Shown here one piece after another: positions 9,212 through 19,321 of a DNA stretch of 57,729 nucleotides. The notes beneath the pieces were generated by a model that was not told the DNA's origin, searched no databases, and saw nothing but the letters and a program-made list of their open reading frames with translations. The number at the start of each line of letters is the position of its first letter. Position 1 is the stretch's first letter. Origin of the DNA: a virus. Its lineage: Duplodnaviria; Caudoviricetes. The position numbers and the translations under genes were made by a program. The stretch spans positions 1-57,729 of the IMG/VR virus record IMGVR_UViG_3300036900_000129; one strand, 5' to 3'.

Positions 9212-10822
9212 GTGTCGGCACCGTCTGCATTCGAATACGCCGCCCGGATGTTCGAACCCCGGCAGCGCAGGTACCGCAGTCCCATTCACCTGGCTGGGTC
9301 TGTTGACTCGCGGCACGGTTCCTCTGCCGCGCTGGAGCTGATCGACAAGGCCATCGTTGAACTGATGGACCCAGAGTCCCCCCATGATGCCCTGTTCGTG
9401 GCATTGCCACCACAGGAAGGAAAGTCCCAGGAATGCAGCCGGTACACTCCCGAATGGCTTCTCGACCATGATCCAGCTCTTCGCATCGGCGTTGTCTCCT
9501 ACGAGCAAGACATGGCGTTGCGCTGGGGCCGCGACATCAAGCAGGACATTGCCCTGCACCCGTGCACGTCAACCGAACTGCACGGCGAATGCTCGGAAGC
9601 ATGCGGCTGCCTGCACATCTCAATCCGAAAGGACAGCTCAGCGGCTGGCCGATGGGAAACCCCGGCAGGCGGTGGCGTGTACTGCGTCGGAGTCGGCGGT
9701 CCTCTCACAGGACGCCCGATTGACGTTCTGGTCATTGACGACCCGGTAAAAGACCGGGCAGCGGCTGAGTCAAGCAGGATACGGGACTCTACCTGGGACT
9801 GGTTCGAAAGCGTGGCCCTGACCCGCCTGGCACCAGGCGCGAAGGTAATTCTCATCATGACTCGCTGGCATGAAGATGACCTGGCGGGGCGGATCTTCTC
9901 CAGGCCGTCGCCGCTGCGCTGGCGGAAGATCATCATTCCTGCTGTTGCAGTGAGCGATGACCCGCTCGGCCGTGCACCAGGCGAGGAACTTACCTCTGTG
10001 CGGCAACGGAAACCTGGGTACTTTCGTCACCTCATGTCAACGATGAGCAACTACGTGTTCTCTGGCGTGTACCAGCAGACCCCGACTGCGGCTGAGGGTA
10101 ACTTCTTCCGCCGGCAGACGTTCCGGTACTGGCGGGCGCTCCCGGACTGGCAGGACGGCCGGGAACGCATCGACCTGGAAGACAGGCCGGTGACCTTGCA
10201 AGACACCTGGCGTTTCATCACCATGGACTTTGCCGCCAGCACCCGCAGCAGCGCCGACTTCACCGTTGCGTCCTGCTGGGCTGTCACCAACATGGGTGAC
10301 CTGGTGCTGCTGGACCGGGCTCGCCAGCGGGTACCGGACCACAAGCACTTTGAGCTTGCCGAGCCGCTGATCAGCAGGTGGGGCGTCACGCAGGTGTTCG
10401 TGGAATCCGGCTGGTGGTCCAAGACATTCGTGTCTGATGCCCGTGACCACGGCATACCTGTTGCACCGCTCCTCGCGGACACCGACAAGGTGACCCGTGC
10501 CATCCCCGCAGCCGGGCGGGTCCACTCCGGTAAGGTCTGGTTCCCTGCGGATACCAGCGGGTGCAAGTGCGGTGAGTGCAAGGAAGGCGTGTGGCTGGAT
10601 GAGTGGTGCGATGAGCTGGCTGTCTTCCCGCAGGGCACCCATGACGACCAGGTGGACACCCTCGCCTACGCTGCCCGGGTCGTGGTGGCTGACTGGGCGC
10701 CGGCCCCGGCACCGCCGCGTCCGGGGCTGAGCCCGTACGAGCGGGCGGTGGAAACCGCGCATACCGCCGCGACCGGCAACGGGCACGGCGGCGACCTTGA
10801 CATTATGCAGATCCCTTACTAG
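9212..10822 (+). CDS. terL: Terminase large subunit
   Basis: PPQEGKS Walker A-like, VLVIDDP Walker B, MTRWH, nuclease MDFA and HDDQVD; AGGAG RBS before GTG. Confidence 0.95.
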   Translation: MSAPSAFEYAARMFEPRQRRYRSPIHLAGSVDSRHGSSAALELIDKAIVELMDPESPHDALFVALPPQEGKSQECSRYTPEWLLDHDPALRIGVVSYEQDMALRWGRDIKQDIALHPCTSTELHGECSEACGCLHISIRKDSSAAGRWETPAGGGVYCVGVGGPLTGRPIDVLVIDDPVKDRAAAESSRIRDSTWDWFESVALTRLAPGAKVILIMTRWHEDDLAGRIFSRPSPLRWRKIIIPAVAVSDDPLGRAPGEELTSVRQRKPGYFRHLMSTMSNYVFSGVYQQTPTAAEGNFFRRQTFRYWRALPDWQDGRERIDLEDRPVTLQDTWRFITMDFAASTRSSADFTVASCWAVTNMGDLVLLDRARQRVPDHKHFELAEPLISRWGVTQVFVESGWWSKTFVSDARDHGIPVAPLLADTDKVTRAIPAAGRVHSGKVWFPADTSGCKCGECKEGVWLDEWCDELAVFPQGTHDDQVDTLAYAARVVVADWAPAPAPPRPGLSPYERAVETAHTAATGNGHGGDLDIMQIPY

Positions 10823-10923
10823 CGGAGTACCTGATGCGCTGACACGCTGCTGTGGCGTATGCTGCCCCGCAGGAACTAGTGGCTGTTCCTGCCGTCTGAC
10901 GCCCGCCTGGCGGCCCCGGGCAC

Positions 10924-11448
10924 GTGGCTATGGCGGGCGGCAGCATGGGTGAGATGCGGCAGGTAGCGCCGTACCCTGATGTCCTCGCGCACCTGGTGCA
11001 GCATCTCCGCTACCGCCGTCACATGGGCTGGGCGGTATGGCTTGAAGACGACCTCCAGCGGGACAAGCCGGGACGGCACACGGGTGAGTCACGCGGCCTG
11101 ACGCTGGTGGTGCGGCGCTGCGGCCCGGACGCCTACCATCCGGACAAGGCCATCGCCGTCAACCACTATTTCCCCGTTCCCCCGGCGACGTACAACGAGG
11201 CGTCGTGGATGCGGTGGCTGTTCGACCGGCTCGGTGACGTTGACCTGCATGAGCGCATGGAAGACTTCGCCTTTGCCGCTGAGCTGACGATCGACGGCCC
11301 GGAAGGCGGCACGCGCGAGGTACTGACGCGCCCGCTCGCCCCGAACCACGGCCCCGGCCATGACCCGTACCGGGTAACTGAGCTGGCCACCGACGTTGAC
11401 CGGCGTACCAGCTTCCGCGGTGACGTGAAGCCGCCGGCGGTGACGTGA
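10924..11448 (+). CDS. Hypothetical phage protein
   Basis: ORF between terminase and portal, overlapping the portal start; exact start uncertain. Confidence 0.7.
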   Translation: MAMAGGSMGEMRQVAPYPDVLAHLVQHLRYRRHMGWAVWLEDDLQRDKPGRHTGESRGLTLVVRRCGPDAYHPDKAIAVNHYFPVPPATYNEASWMRWLFDRLGDVDLHERMEDFAFAAELTIDGPEGGTREVLTRPLAPNHGPGHDPYRVTELATDVDRRTSFRGDVKPPAVT

Positions 11449-13583
11449 TGGCCAGGACCGCCGCACCGACCACGTTCATCGGCACCCCGGACGCCCAGGC
11501 CCTCTACGGGATGGTGCTGTCCGACTGGTGGGAGACGACCGCTGACCTGATCTGGCCGCAGTCCGTCATCACCTACGGGCGGATGCGGCATGACCCGCAG
11601 CTGCACGCGGTCCTGTCGGCGTACCTGCTGCCGATCATGCGGGCAACCTGGGTGCTGGACCCGGACGGCTGCCGGGATGAGGTGGTGCAGCACTGCGCGG
11701 ATGACCTGGGTGTCGGCATCCTCGGCACCGAGATCAAGCCCGGCCCGGCCCGCCGCCGTGGCGTGGTGTGGCAGCGGCACCTGAAAGCAGCCCTCTACGA
11801 CCAGCTCGTCTACGGGTACAAGCCGTTTGAGCTGCGGTACCGCTTCGATGACGCGGGGCTCGCCCACCTGGACGCCCTCGGGCCGCGCATGCCGTGGAGC
11901 ATCAGCCACATCAACCTCAACCATGACGGCACCCTTTCCAGCGTGCTTCAGAACAGCCAGAAAACCCCCATCCCCGCCAACCGGCTGATCTGGTACGTTA
12001 ACGACCTCCAGGGGTCCAACTGGACGGGTATCAGCGCGCTGCGTACCTGCTTCGGCGCATGGCTGCTCAAGCATGAGGCATGGCGCGTCCACGCGACTTC
12101 CATCCGCAGGTTCGGGATGGGCGTCCCCACGGTAGAAGCGCCGGCCGGGGCCACGCAGACGCAGGTGCAGCAGGCGCAGCAGCTAGCCGCCCAGATGCGA
12201 ACCGGCGACCAGGCCGGCATGGGCCTGCCGCAGGGCTTCAAGCCGTACCTGCTCGGCATGACCGGCAGCGTCCCGGACGCGCTGGCGTTCATCGAGTATC
12301 TGGACCGGGTGATGGCCAAGCAGGCGCTCGCCAGCCTGATCGAGCTCGGGCAGACCGAGACAGGCTCCCGTGCGCTGGGTGAGACGTTCATGGACCTGTT
12401 CACCCTGTCGCTTCAGGCGGTCGCGGATGAGGCTGCGGTGGTGGCCACCAGCGGGCAGGACGGCATGCCCGGCATCATCACTGACCTGGTGAACCAGAAC
12501 TGGGGTGAGGACGAGCCGGCCCCGCGCATGGTGTGCACCGACGTGGGCACCCAGTACCAGCTGACCGCTGACGCGGTTCAGAAGCTCACTGAGTTCGGGG
12601 CGCTCCAGCCGGATGAGAGCCTTGACGCGCACATCCGTGAGCAGTGGCACCTTCCCGCGCGGACAGCCCCGTGGGAGCCGCCGCCGTCATCGACGCCTGC
12701 CGCGCCCCGCCATGAGTCCCCTGAGTTGATCACCCCGGCTGCACCCGCCGCACTGCCGGCTGCTGCGGCCAGCCGCAGCACCAGGACCCGCGCGTCCGCG
12801 CCCGGGGTGCTGCGCAGGAAGCTGACCAAGATCGAGGCGGCAGCCGGGTACGACCCGCAGCAGCGGCAGAGCCAGTGGACCGACATCCTGGAAGCGCTCC
12901 TCACCGTTTACGCCGGCATTACCCGCGTGCAGCGCGATGAGATCACCGGGACGGTGGAGTCAATCATCGCGTCAGGTAAGACCTCCGGGCTGGCGTCGAT
13001 CAGCGTGGACGCCACAGCGGGAAGCACCGCACTGGCTGAGGCGATGGCCAAGGCGTACGAGCAGGCATCGGACGCGATGCTGCTGGAAGCCGCCCATCAG
13101 GGTGTCACCATCGACGTGACCCGGATCCAGCCGGCGTCGATGGCGGACATCGCAGCCGGGCGGGCGACGATGGCCGCGTCCTACCTCGCGCAGCAGGCAG
13201 GGTCCCGGGCGATGCGGGCGGTGCAGCCGGGGTTGCCCGCTGCGCAGCAGGCCAGCACCGTGTCAGGTAACGTCGCTGAGTTCCTTGACGGACTGTCTGA
13301 CCGGTACCTGCGTGATCAGCTCGGCGGGGCGCTGACCGCCGCGCAGAACGCCGGGCGGGTCGGGGTGTTCGAAGCGGCCCCGGACGGCGTGGACAGCGCC
13401 GTGTACGTGGGATCGGAAGTGCTCGACAACAACGTGTGCGGCCCGTGCCGCGATGAGGACGGGCAGCAGTTCGAGTCCTTCGAGGCGGCTGTCGGCGCGT
13501 ACCCCACAGGAGGGTTCATTGACTGCCAGGGCGGCGACCGCTGCCGGGGGACCCTGGTTGCGCTGTGGGGTGACCTGCCGTGA
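11445..13583 (+). CDS. Portal protein (Mu gp29/DUF935-like) fused to a MuF-like domain
   Basis: Position; YGYKPFE, RRFGMGVP and GSRALG motifs; C-terminal LDNNVCGPC..DG..CQGGDRCRG typical of MuF. Confidence 0.85.
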   Translation: MMARTAAPTTFIGTPDAQALYGMVLSDWWETTADLIWPQSVITYGRMRHDPQLHAVLSAYLLPIMRATWVLDPDGCRDEVVQHCADDLGVGILGTEIKPGPARRRGVVWQRHLKAALYDQLVYGYKPFELRYRFDDAGLAHLDALGPRMPWSISHINLNHDGTLSSVLQNSQKTPIPANRLIWYVNDLQGSNWTGISALRTCFGAWLLKHEAWRVHATSIRRFGMGVPTVEAPAGATQTQVQQAQQLAAQMRTGDQAGMGLPQGFKPYLLGMTGSVPDALAFIEYLDRVMAKQALASLIELGQTETGSRALGETFMDLFTLSLQAVADEAAVVATSGQDGMPGIITDLVNQNWGEDEPAPRMVCTDVGTQYQLTADAVQKLTEFGALQPDESLDAHIREQWHLPARTAPWEPPPSSTPAAPRHESPELITPAAPAALPAAAASRSTRTRASAPGVLRRKLTKIEAAAGYDPQQRQSQWTDILEALLTVYAGITRVQRDEITGTVESIIASGKTSGLASISVDATAGSTALAEAMAKAYEQASDAMLLEAAHQGVTIDVTRIQPASMADIAAGRATMAASYLAQQAGSRAMRAVQPGLPAAQQASTVSGNVAEFLDGLSDRYLRDQLGGALTAAQNAGRVGVFEAAPDGVDSAVYVGSEVLDNNVCGPCRDEDGQQFESFEAAVGAYPTGGFIDCQGGDRCRGTLVALWGDLP

Positions 13584-15436
13584 CTAACGCAACGGTTACC
13601 CTCCCGGCGCTGATCACCGTCCCCGGCGTGGACATTCTGGCCACCGGTCAGTGGGACCTGTCCACCGGGCAGGCCACGTTCACCCCTGAAGACCTGGCCA
13701 ACGGGGTTGACGCGGCCCAGTGCCCGGCTATCGGCGCGCCCGTCATCAAGCTCGGGCACACCGACCCGAGATTCGACGGTGAGCCTGCGGTCGGCCGGAT
13801 CATCAACATGGCGCTGGCTGCCGGGAGCAACAAGGTGACCGGTGACCTGGCTGGGATGCCGGGGTGGCTCGGCGCGGTCATGGAGTCCGCTTACCCGAAC
13901 CGCAGCATCGAGGCGTGCCGTGACGTGCGCTGCCAGATCGGGCACCTGCACCCGTTCGTCATCACCGGCCTGGCTCTCCTCGGCGTCACCCCGCCAGGCG
14001 TCGGCGTGCTCGGCACCGTGAAGGACGTGGCCGCACTGTACGGGGTGAACGCCAGCGCACAGGAAGGAACACGGGTGAATGACCTGACCATGGCAGCCGG
14101 GGTGACCACGGAAGACGTTCGCCGGCAGTATTACGCTGACCCGGCCACCGGCTACAGCATGTGGATCACGGAGATGCAGCTTGACCCGCCGCAGCTGATC
14201 GTGTGCGACGAGGCCACCGACAAGGTGTACCGCGTCCCGGTGACCATCAAGAACAGCACTATCACATTCGGTGACGCTGTTGAGGTGGAGGTGACGTACC
14301 AGGACATCGCCGCCGCCCGGGGAACCGGCACGGCGCTGGTGTTCGCGTCGGCGGCTGACTCCCGGGCAGGCATCGTCATCGCCGGGGCGATCGGCTCGCA
14401 CAGCACCGGCACGTCAACCGCGTCGTGGAGCGGCCCGACCGCGAAGAAGAACCTGGGTACCAGTGCCAGCACGGCCACGCTCCGCAAGGCGTTCGCCTGG
14501 GTGGACTCCTCCACAGACGGCCGCAGCAAGAGCGACTACAGCTTCATCCACCACTTCGTGTCCGCTGACGGCACGGTCGGTGACGCTTCCACGGTCGCGT
14601 GCAGCAGCGGCATCGGCATCCTGAACGGCGGCCGGGGCGGCACCAGCATCCCGGACGGTGACAAGCAGGGTGTTTACGATCACCTGGCTGCGCACCTGCG
14701 CGCCGCAGGGCTGGAACCACCGGACCTGAACGCCTCCGCATCCGCCGCAGCATCCGCAGACCCCGGCGATGAGGAACCTGCTGAGGCGGCAGCCGGGCAC
14801 GGGCCGATGACCGGTGAGCATTCCCACGCCCACCCCGCGTACGCCTCACAGGGCGGCGACCAGACGCATACCCACATGCACAGTCATGCGGGTGACGCGA
14901 ACCACAGCCACGACCACGCAGCAGCGGCGTCGGGCACCACCATCACATGGGAAGGAGACTCGAAGGTGGACTTCACCGACGAGCAGATGGACCAGCTGCG
15001 GGCAAGCCTCGGGCTGGGCGAAGGAGCTGACCTGAACCCCGCCCTGGTGGTGGAGGCGGCAGGCAAGCTCAAGGAGCGCGCGGACGCCAAGGTGGCCGCC
15101 TCAACCCGGCAGATGCCACCAGGTGTCATCGCCGTGGACCAGGAACGCTGGGACACCCTCCAGCAGCAGGTCACCGCCGCTGAGGACTTCCGCCGCCGGC
15201 AGGAAGTCAAGGAGCGTGACTCGGTGATCTCAGCTGCTGTCCGCGACGGCAAGTTTTCCCGCGCCCGGATCGACCACTGGGTGCGGCTGTGGGACGCCGA
15301 CCCGGACGGCACCCGGCAGGTGCTCGCCGGCCTTCAGAGGAACGTCGTCCCTGTCAGCAACATCGGCATTCCCGGCGGTGACCCCGACGACGTGGACGAC
15401 GAGTACCGGGCGCTGTTCGGCAGCCCGGCTGAGTAG
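13580..15436 (+). CDS. Capsid maturation protease/scaffold fusion (Mu I-like)
   Basis: IKLGH..PAVGRI and YPNRSIE motifs; C-terminal helical scaffold AVRDGK..W..DPDG. Confidence 0.8.
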   Translation: MTNATVTLPALITVPGVDILATGQWDLSTGQATFTPEDLANGVDAAQCPAIGAPVIKLGHTDPRFDGEPAVGRIINMALAAGSNKVTGDLAGMPGWLGAVMESAYPNRSIEACRDVRCQIGHLHPFVITGLALLGVTPPGVGVLGTVKDVAALYGVNASAQEGTRVNDLTMAAGVTTEDVRRQYYADPATGYSMWITEMQLDPPQLIVCDEATDKVYRVPVTIKNSTITFGDAVEVEVTYQDIAAARGTGTALVFASAADSRAGIVIAGAIGSHSTGTSTASWSGPTAKKNLGTSASTATLRKAFAWVDSSTDGRSKSDYSFIHHFVSADGTVGDASTVACSSGIGILNGGRGGTSIPDGDKQGVYDHLAAHLRAAGLEPPDLNASASAAASADPGDEEPAEAAAGHGPMTGEHSHAHPAYASQGGDQTHTHMHSHAGDANHSHDHAAAASGTTITWEGDSKVDFTDEQMDQLRASLGLGEGADLNPALVVEAAGKLKERADAKVAASTRQMPPGVIAVDQERWDTLQQQVTAAEDFRRRQEVKERDSVISAAVRDGKFSRARIDHWVRLWDADPDGTRQVLAGLQRNVVPVSNIGIPGGDPDDVDDEYRALFGSPAE

Positions 15437-15452
15437 AAGGGAGAGATAACCG

Positions 15453-15815
15453 ATGGGCGACTACACCCCGGTCAACGAGTCCGACCGCATCCCGCTCACC
15501 GCTTCCGCGACCATCACGGAAGGCCAGCTTCTCGCAGTGTCCGGTGTCAACACGGTGGCCCCCGCCGGCGCGGCTGCGGTCGTGGTCGGCGTGGCGGCGT
15601 TCAACGTTGCCAGCGGTGCCCGCATCACGGTTCTTGAGAAGGACATGGAGCACGAGACCACGAGCACCAACGGCGTGACTGCCGGCGACGTGCTCATCAG
15701 CGGTACCGGAGGAACCGTCGAGACGGCCGGCACCAGCCCCGCAGCAGCGACCGTTGTCGGGGTCGCGCTCACCACAGCCGCCGCGCTCGGCAAGGCGCGC
15801 TGGAAGGGCCTGTAG
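15453..15815 (+). CDS. Capsid decoration/cement protein (DUF2190-like)
   Basis: Small Ala/Gly-rich protein before the MCP; VGVA and VGVALT motifs. Confidence 0.75.
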   Translation: MGDYTPVNESDRIPLTASATITEGQLLAVSGVNTVAPAGAAAVVVGVAAFNVASGARITVLEKDMEHETTSTNGVTAGDVLISGTGGTVETAGTSPAAATVVGVALTTAAALGKARWKGL

Positions 15816-15882
15816 GCCGTAACCGTAGTTACCCGCCCCTGGCGCCCGAGGGGAATTCGTCTAGGAAGGGACGAGCAGAGAC

Positions 15883-16806
15883 ATGCCAAATGTCTACCCC
15901 CCGGCACCGCCAACGCTGTCCGGTGACACCCTCAGCATCAGCCGGTTCCTCAACAGCCCCACGGCGATCCGCCGCCGGCTAAGGGACTACCTTGACCTCC
16001 GCTTCATCTCCGACCAGGTGCTCACCCAGCGGTTCAACTCCTCCGGTGGCGCGGTCCTGTACGAGATGAGCGAGCCGTTCGTCACCGACCGGCCCGTTGA
16101 GTCGGTCTCACCTGGTGCGACGTACCCGCGCGCTAACCTACCGACCGGCACCGCAGCTGTGGCGTCGGTGCAGAAGTGGGGCCAGGCGGTCGAGGTCACC
16201 GATGAGGACATCGACCGGAACACCTACGGCGGGCAGCTGATCGACCGGAACCTGAAGAAGGTTGTCAACTCCGTTATCGCGCAGGTGGACGGCGTCACCA
16301 TGTCGGCTATCGCGTCGGCGGTCACCGCCACGCAGGCGGCCACGGCAGGTCACTGGAGCGTGTCGGGCACGGCGGCGATCCTGCGGGACATCCTGCTGGC
16401 CAAGAAAGTCATCACGGACCTGAAGCTGGGTTACAACCCGGACACGCTGCTGCTTGACGACCTCATGTGGGCGTACCTCATGAGCGATGACAAGATCACG
16501 AACGCGATCCGCCGTGAGAACCCGGACAACCCCGTCTACAGCGGCATGATCGACCGGCTCGCCGGCCTGGTCATCCTCAACAGCCCGAACGCCCCGGCTG
16601 ACCCGATGGTGCTGGACAGCACCCAGCTCGGCGGCATGGCCGACGAGGTGGGCTCGTCCCCCGGCTACGCGATCAGCGACCTCGCGGTGCAGGTCAAGAG
16701 CATCCGCGTGGACGAGGCCGACAAGTGGGACCTTCAGGGCCGCCGGCTCACCGTCCCCGTCGTGCAGGAACCCGGCGCGGCCTGCACCATCACCGGCACC
16801 CACTAG
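15883..16806 (+). CDS. Major capsid protein
   Basis: 307 aa, synteny, V.PGA.YP and YNPDTLLL motifs. Confidence 0.85.
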   Translation: MPNVYPPAPPTLSGDTLSISRFLNSPTAIRRRLRDYLDLRFISDQVLTQRFNSSGGAVLYEMSEPFVTDRPVESVSPGATYPRANLPTGTAAVASVQKWGQAVEVTDEDIDRNTYGGQLIDRNLKKVVNSVIAQVDGVTMSAIASAVTATQAATAGHWSVSGTAAILRDILLAKKVITDLKLGYNPDTLLLDDLMWAYLMSDDKITNAIRRENPDNPVYSGMIDRLAGLVILNSPNAPADPMVLDSTQLGGMADEVGSSPGYAISDLAVQVKSIRVDEADKWDLQGRRLTVPVVQEPGAACTITGTH

Positions 16807-16824
16807 GAAGGAGGCACGGCTGTT

Positions 16825-17217
16825 ATGGCAGGAAACGCCAAGCGGTACAGGGTCACCGGCGCTTACGCGACCTTCAAGACCATGACCGTGAACGGTCCCG
16901 CTGTGCTCGGCTTCTACCGGGGCTCACCAGTCCCGGCTGACGTCGAGCAGGAATCCATCGACCATCACCTGCGCCTCGGCCTGATCGAGGAAGTGCCCGA
17001 GGACGCCGCCCCTGCGGCTGCCCCTATCCCGGGTGACAAGCCAGGCGACACCGGCCAGGGGCAGGCCACCCAGCCGGGCGGCGACGGCAAGGATGACGGC
17101 AAGGGCAGCGCCGGCAAGGACGGTGACAAGGGAAACGGCCCGGCCGCCGCCACCCCGTCTGCAACCACCCCGTCAGCGACCAAGCCGGCGGCCCCGTCTA
17201 AGGGAAGGACGACCTAA
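16825..17217 (+). CDS. Hypothetical head-associated protein
   Basis: GGAGG RBS; low-complexity C-terminus. Confidence 0.7.
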   Translation: MAGNAKRYRVTGAYATFKTMTVNGPAVLGFYRGSPVPADVEQESIDHHLRLGLIEEVPEDAAPAAAPIPGDKPGDTGQGQATQPGGDGKDDGKGSAGKDGDKGNGPAAATPSATTPSATKPAAPSKGRTT

Positions 17218-17221
17218 CCCG

Positions 17222-17743
17222 GTGGCGGGCGAACCGTGGGCACCGACCTTGCCTGACGTAGCCCGGCACATCCCCCGCAGGACCCGTGACACCAAGACGC
17301 CGGGCAGCGACCAGCTGCTCGGCACGTTCACTGCCTCAACCACGCCGACATCCGACCAGGCGCAGGCGGTGATCGACGCGGTTGTCGGCACCCTGCTCGC
17401 GGATGTCGGGCCGCTGCCGTCGTCGGGTGCCCTCGTGCAGGACATCCAGACGGCGGCACGGGCGGCAGCGGAATGGCGGGCGGCAGCAGACATCGAGGTT
17501 GCCTACCCGCTGCGTGACGCCGACCTGGTGGTTTACGACCAGCTGAACGCGCGTGCCGCTGACGCGCTGGCCACCCTCAAGCGGGTGGTCGCGCAGGCCG
17601 GCGGCGGTCAGGCGGACGTGGCAACCCCGTACTGGGGTTTCCCGCCGCCGCCGCCGTGGGGCGACCTGTCTCCCGGCTCAGGCATCGAGGCGCTCCCTGC
17701 GGGCCGCGGGGAAACGTGGGAGGAGCCGGTATGGCCAGTGTGA
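17222..17743 (+). CDS. Head-to-tail adaptor
   Basis: Synteny; GTFT..T.PT..Q motif. Confidence 0.65.
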   Translation: MAGEPWAPTLPDVARHIPRRTRDTKTPGSDQLLGTFTASTTPTSDQAQAVIDAVVGTLLADVGPLPSSGALVQDIQTAARAAAEWRAAADIEVAYPLRDADLVVYDQLNARAADALATLKRVVAQAGGGQADVATPYWGFPPPPPWGDLSPGSGIEALPAGRGETWEEPVWPV

Positions 17744-18150
17744 CGGTGAGCATCCAGTGGAACAGCGCGGCGGTGCGGGCGCTGGGCCAGGACGCGACGG
17801 TGCGCGCTCTGATGGACCGGCTGACGGCGTTCGCGGTGCAGGACATGAAGAAGAACATCCCCGTCTCCCCGGTCGGGCCGCTTCACCGTTCCGGCACCCT
17901 GCGTTCTTCCGTCCGGTCGTTCCGGCAGGCGGACGGGTCGGTGCTGGTCGGCCCGACCGCCTCCTACGGCGGGTACGTCAACGACGGCACCCCGCCGCAC
18001 GTCATCCGCTCAACCGGCCCGTGGCCGCTGCGGAACCCCGAAACCGGGCAGGTGTTCGGTCCTGTCGTGCACCATCCCGGCACCAAGGCAGTCCACTTCA
18101 TCGAGCGCACAGCAGCGGACATCGCGGCGATGAAGGTGGTGAACCTTTGA
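17731..18150 (+). CDS. HK97 gp10-like tail completion protein
   Basis: PV..RSGTLRSS..YVNDGT..HPGT..HF motif. Confidence 0.75.
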   Translation: MASVTVSIQWNSAAVRALGQDATVRALMDRLTAFAVQDMKKNIPVSPVGPLHRSGTLRSSVRSFRQADGSVLVGPTASYGGYVNDGTPPHVIRSTGPWPLRNPETGQVFGPVVHHPGTKAVHFIERTAADIAAMKVVNL

Positions 18151-18569
18151 GCACGGCAGCTGAGAGAGCCATCCGCGACTGGGTGAACGCCCGCCCGATC
18201 ATCGGTGACGGCAAGCCGCTGGCCCGGGGCGCGTACCTGCTTGAGCAGGCATCCCCGGCTGACGGCGCGTACGCGGTGATCTCCCGTAACCCCGAAGGTG
18301 ACGATCCTGTAGGGCCGCCACCTGAGGACGGGCAGGTGTCGGTCGCGCGCATCCAGGCGCAGGTATTCGCCGGCGCGCAGGACGCCGCCGAGAACGCCGC
18401 TGCTGCGCTGCGCGGTGAGTTCGAGACGCTGACCGGCCGGCCGCAGTCATGCGGCGCGACGGGCGTGCAGATCCTCGTGGCCGATCACATCAACGGGCCG
18501 TTCTACGTGCCCGGCACTAGAGAGCCCTACTGCTTCCAGGTGGGGGCGGACTTCCTGCTCACCGGATGA
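18147..18569 (+). CDS. Tail terminator-like protein
   Basis: Synteny; RIQAQVFA..AENAA pattern; TTG start overlapping the upstream stop. Confidence 0.6.
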   Translation: MSTAAERAIRDWVNARPIIGDGKPLARGAYLLEQASPADGAYAVISRNPEGDDPVGPPPEDGQVSVARIQAQVFAGAQDAAENAAAALRGEFETLTGRPQSCGATGVQILVADHINGPFYVPGTREPYCFQVGADFLLTG

Positions 18570-18579
18570 GGAGACATCC

Positions 18580-18945
18580 ATGTCAACCCTGAACGTCCTT
18601 GACAACGCCGACCGTGCGGCGGGGCTCGACCTGACCATCGCGCTGTCGGCTGCCTCAGCAGGCGGCGACGCGCTGCCCGCCGGCAACGACGTGTACCTGC
18701 GGGTGAAGAACGGCAACGCGGCTGTGTGCACGGTGACGGTGATGGCAGCCGGCGCTAACTCAGGCCCGAACGGCACGTTCCTCGCGCCGCTGGCGCTGGG
18801 CTCGGTGCCGGCATCCACAGGCGACCGGGTGTTCGGGCCGTTCCCGGCCAGCACCTTCGCTGACCCCAGCGACGGGCTGGTGCACATCACCTACAGCGTC
18901 ACCACCACGGTGACGGTGGGCGTGTACCGGCTGACGAACGCATAG
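18580..18945 (+). CDS. Virion structural protein
   Basis: GAGGAG RBS; LRVKNG..GPFP..DG.V.ITYS motif. Confidence 0.65.
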   Translation: MSTLNVLDNADRAAGLDLTIALSAASAGGDALPAGNDVYLRVKNGNAAVCTVTVMAAGANSGPNGTFLAPLALGSVPASTGDRVFGPFPASTFADPSDGLVHITYSVTTTVTVGVYRLTNA

Positions 18946-18955
18946 GAGGTGACAG

Positions 18956-19321
18956 GTGCCCGCACGTAAGCAGGCCGCCCCGGAACCGGAAGACGGCGAT
19001 CCCGGAAACGGACCTGAAAACAGCGCTGAAGCGACGGAAACCGGCGCTGGCAGTAACATGCCGGGCTCGGTCCCCGCGCAGCCCCCTGAGCCGCCGCGCC
19101 CCGTCCCGCCCTACTACATCGCCCGTGAGCCGCTGTTCGTCGGCGGCCAGGCGGGCACCATGCCTGTCCGTGCCTTCGTCCCCGGCGACCACGTGCCGGC
19201 TGACCTGGTGGAGCCGAACGGATGGACGGAACTGGTCGATAACCCGGATGCGCCCGCACCCCAGAAGATAAGCGCCGCGAGCGCGGCGGGCAAGGAGCAG
19301 ACGGATGACAACGCGCGGTAA
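18956..19321 (+). CDS. Hypothetical protein
   Basis: GGAGGT RBS, GTG start. Confidence 0.6.
   Translation: MPARKQAAPEPEDGDPGNGPENSAEATETGAGSNMPGSVPAQPPEPPRPVPPYYIAREPLFVGGQAGTMPVRAFVPGDHVPADLVEPNGWTELVDNPDAPAPQKISAASAAGKEQTDDNAR

Noticed and set aside
9248-9262. gttcgaacccc T-loop-like tRNA motif
   Set aside because: Inside terminase coding sequence with no cloverleaf
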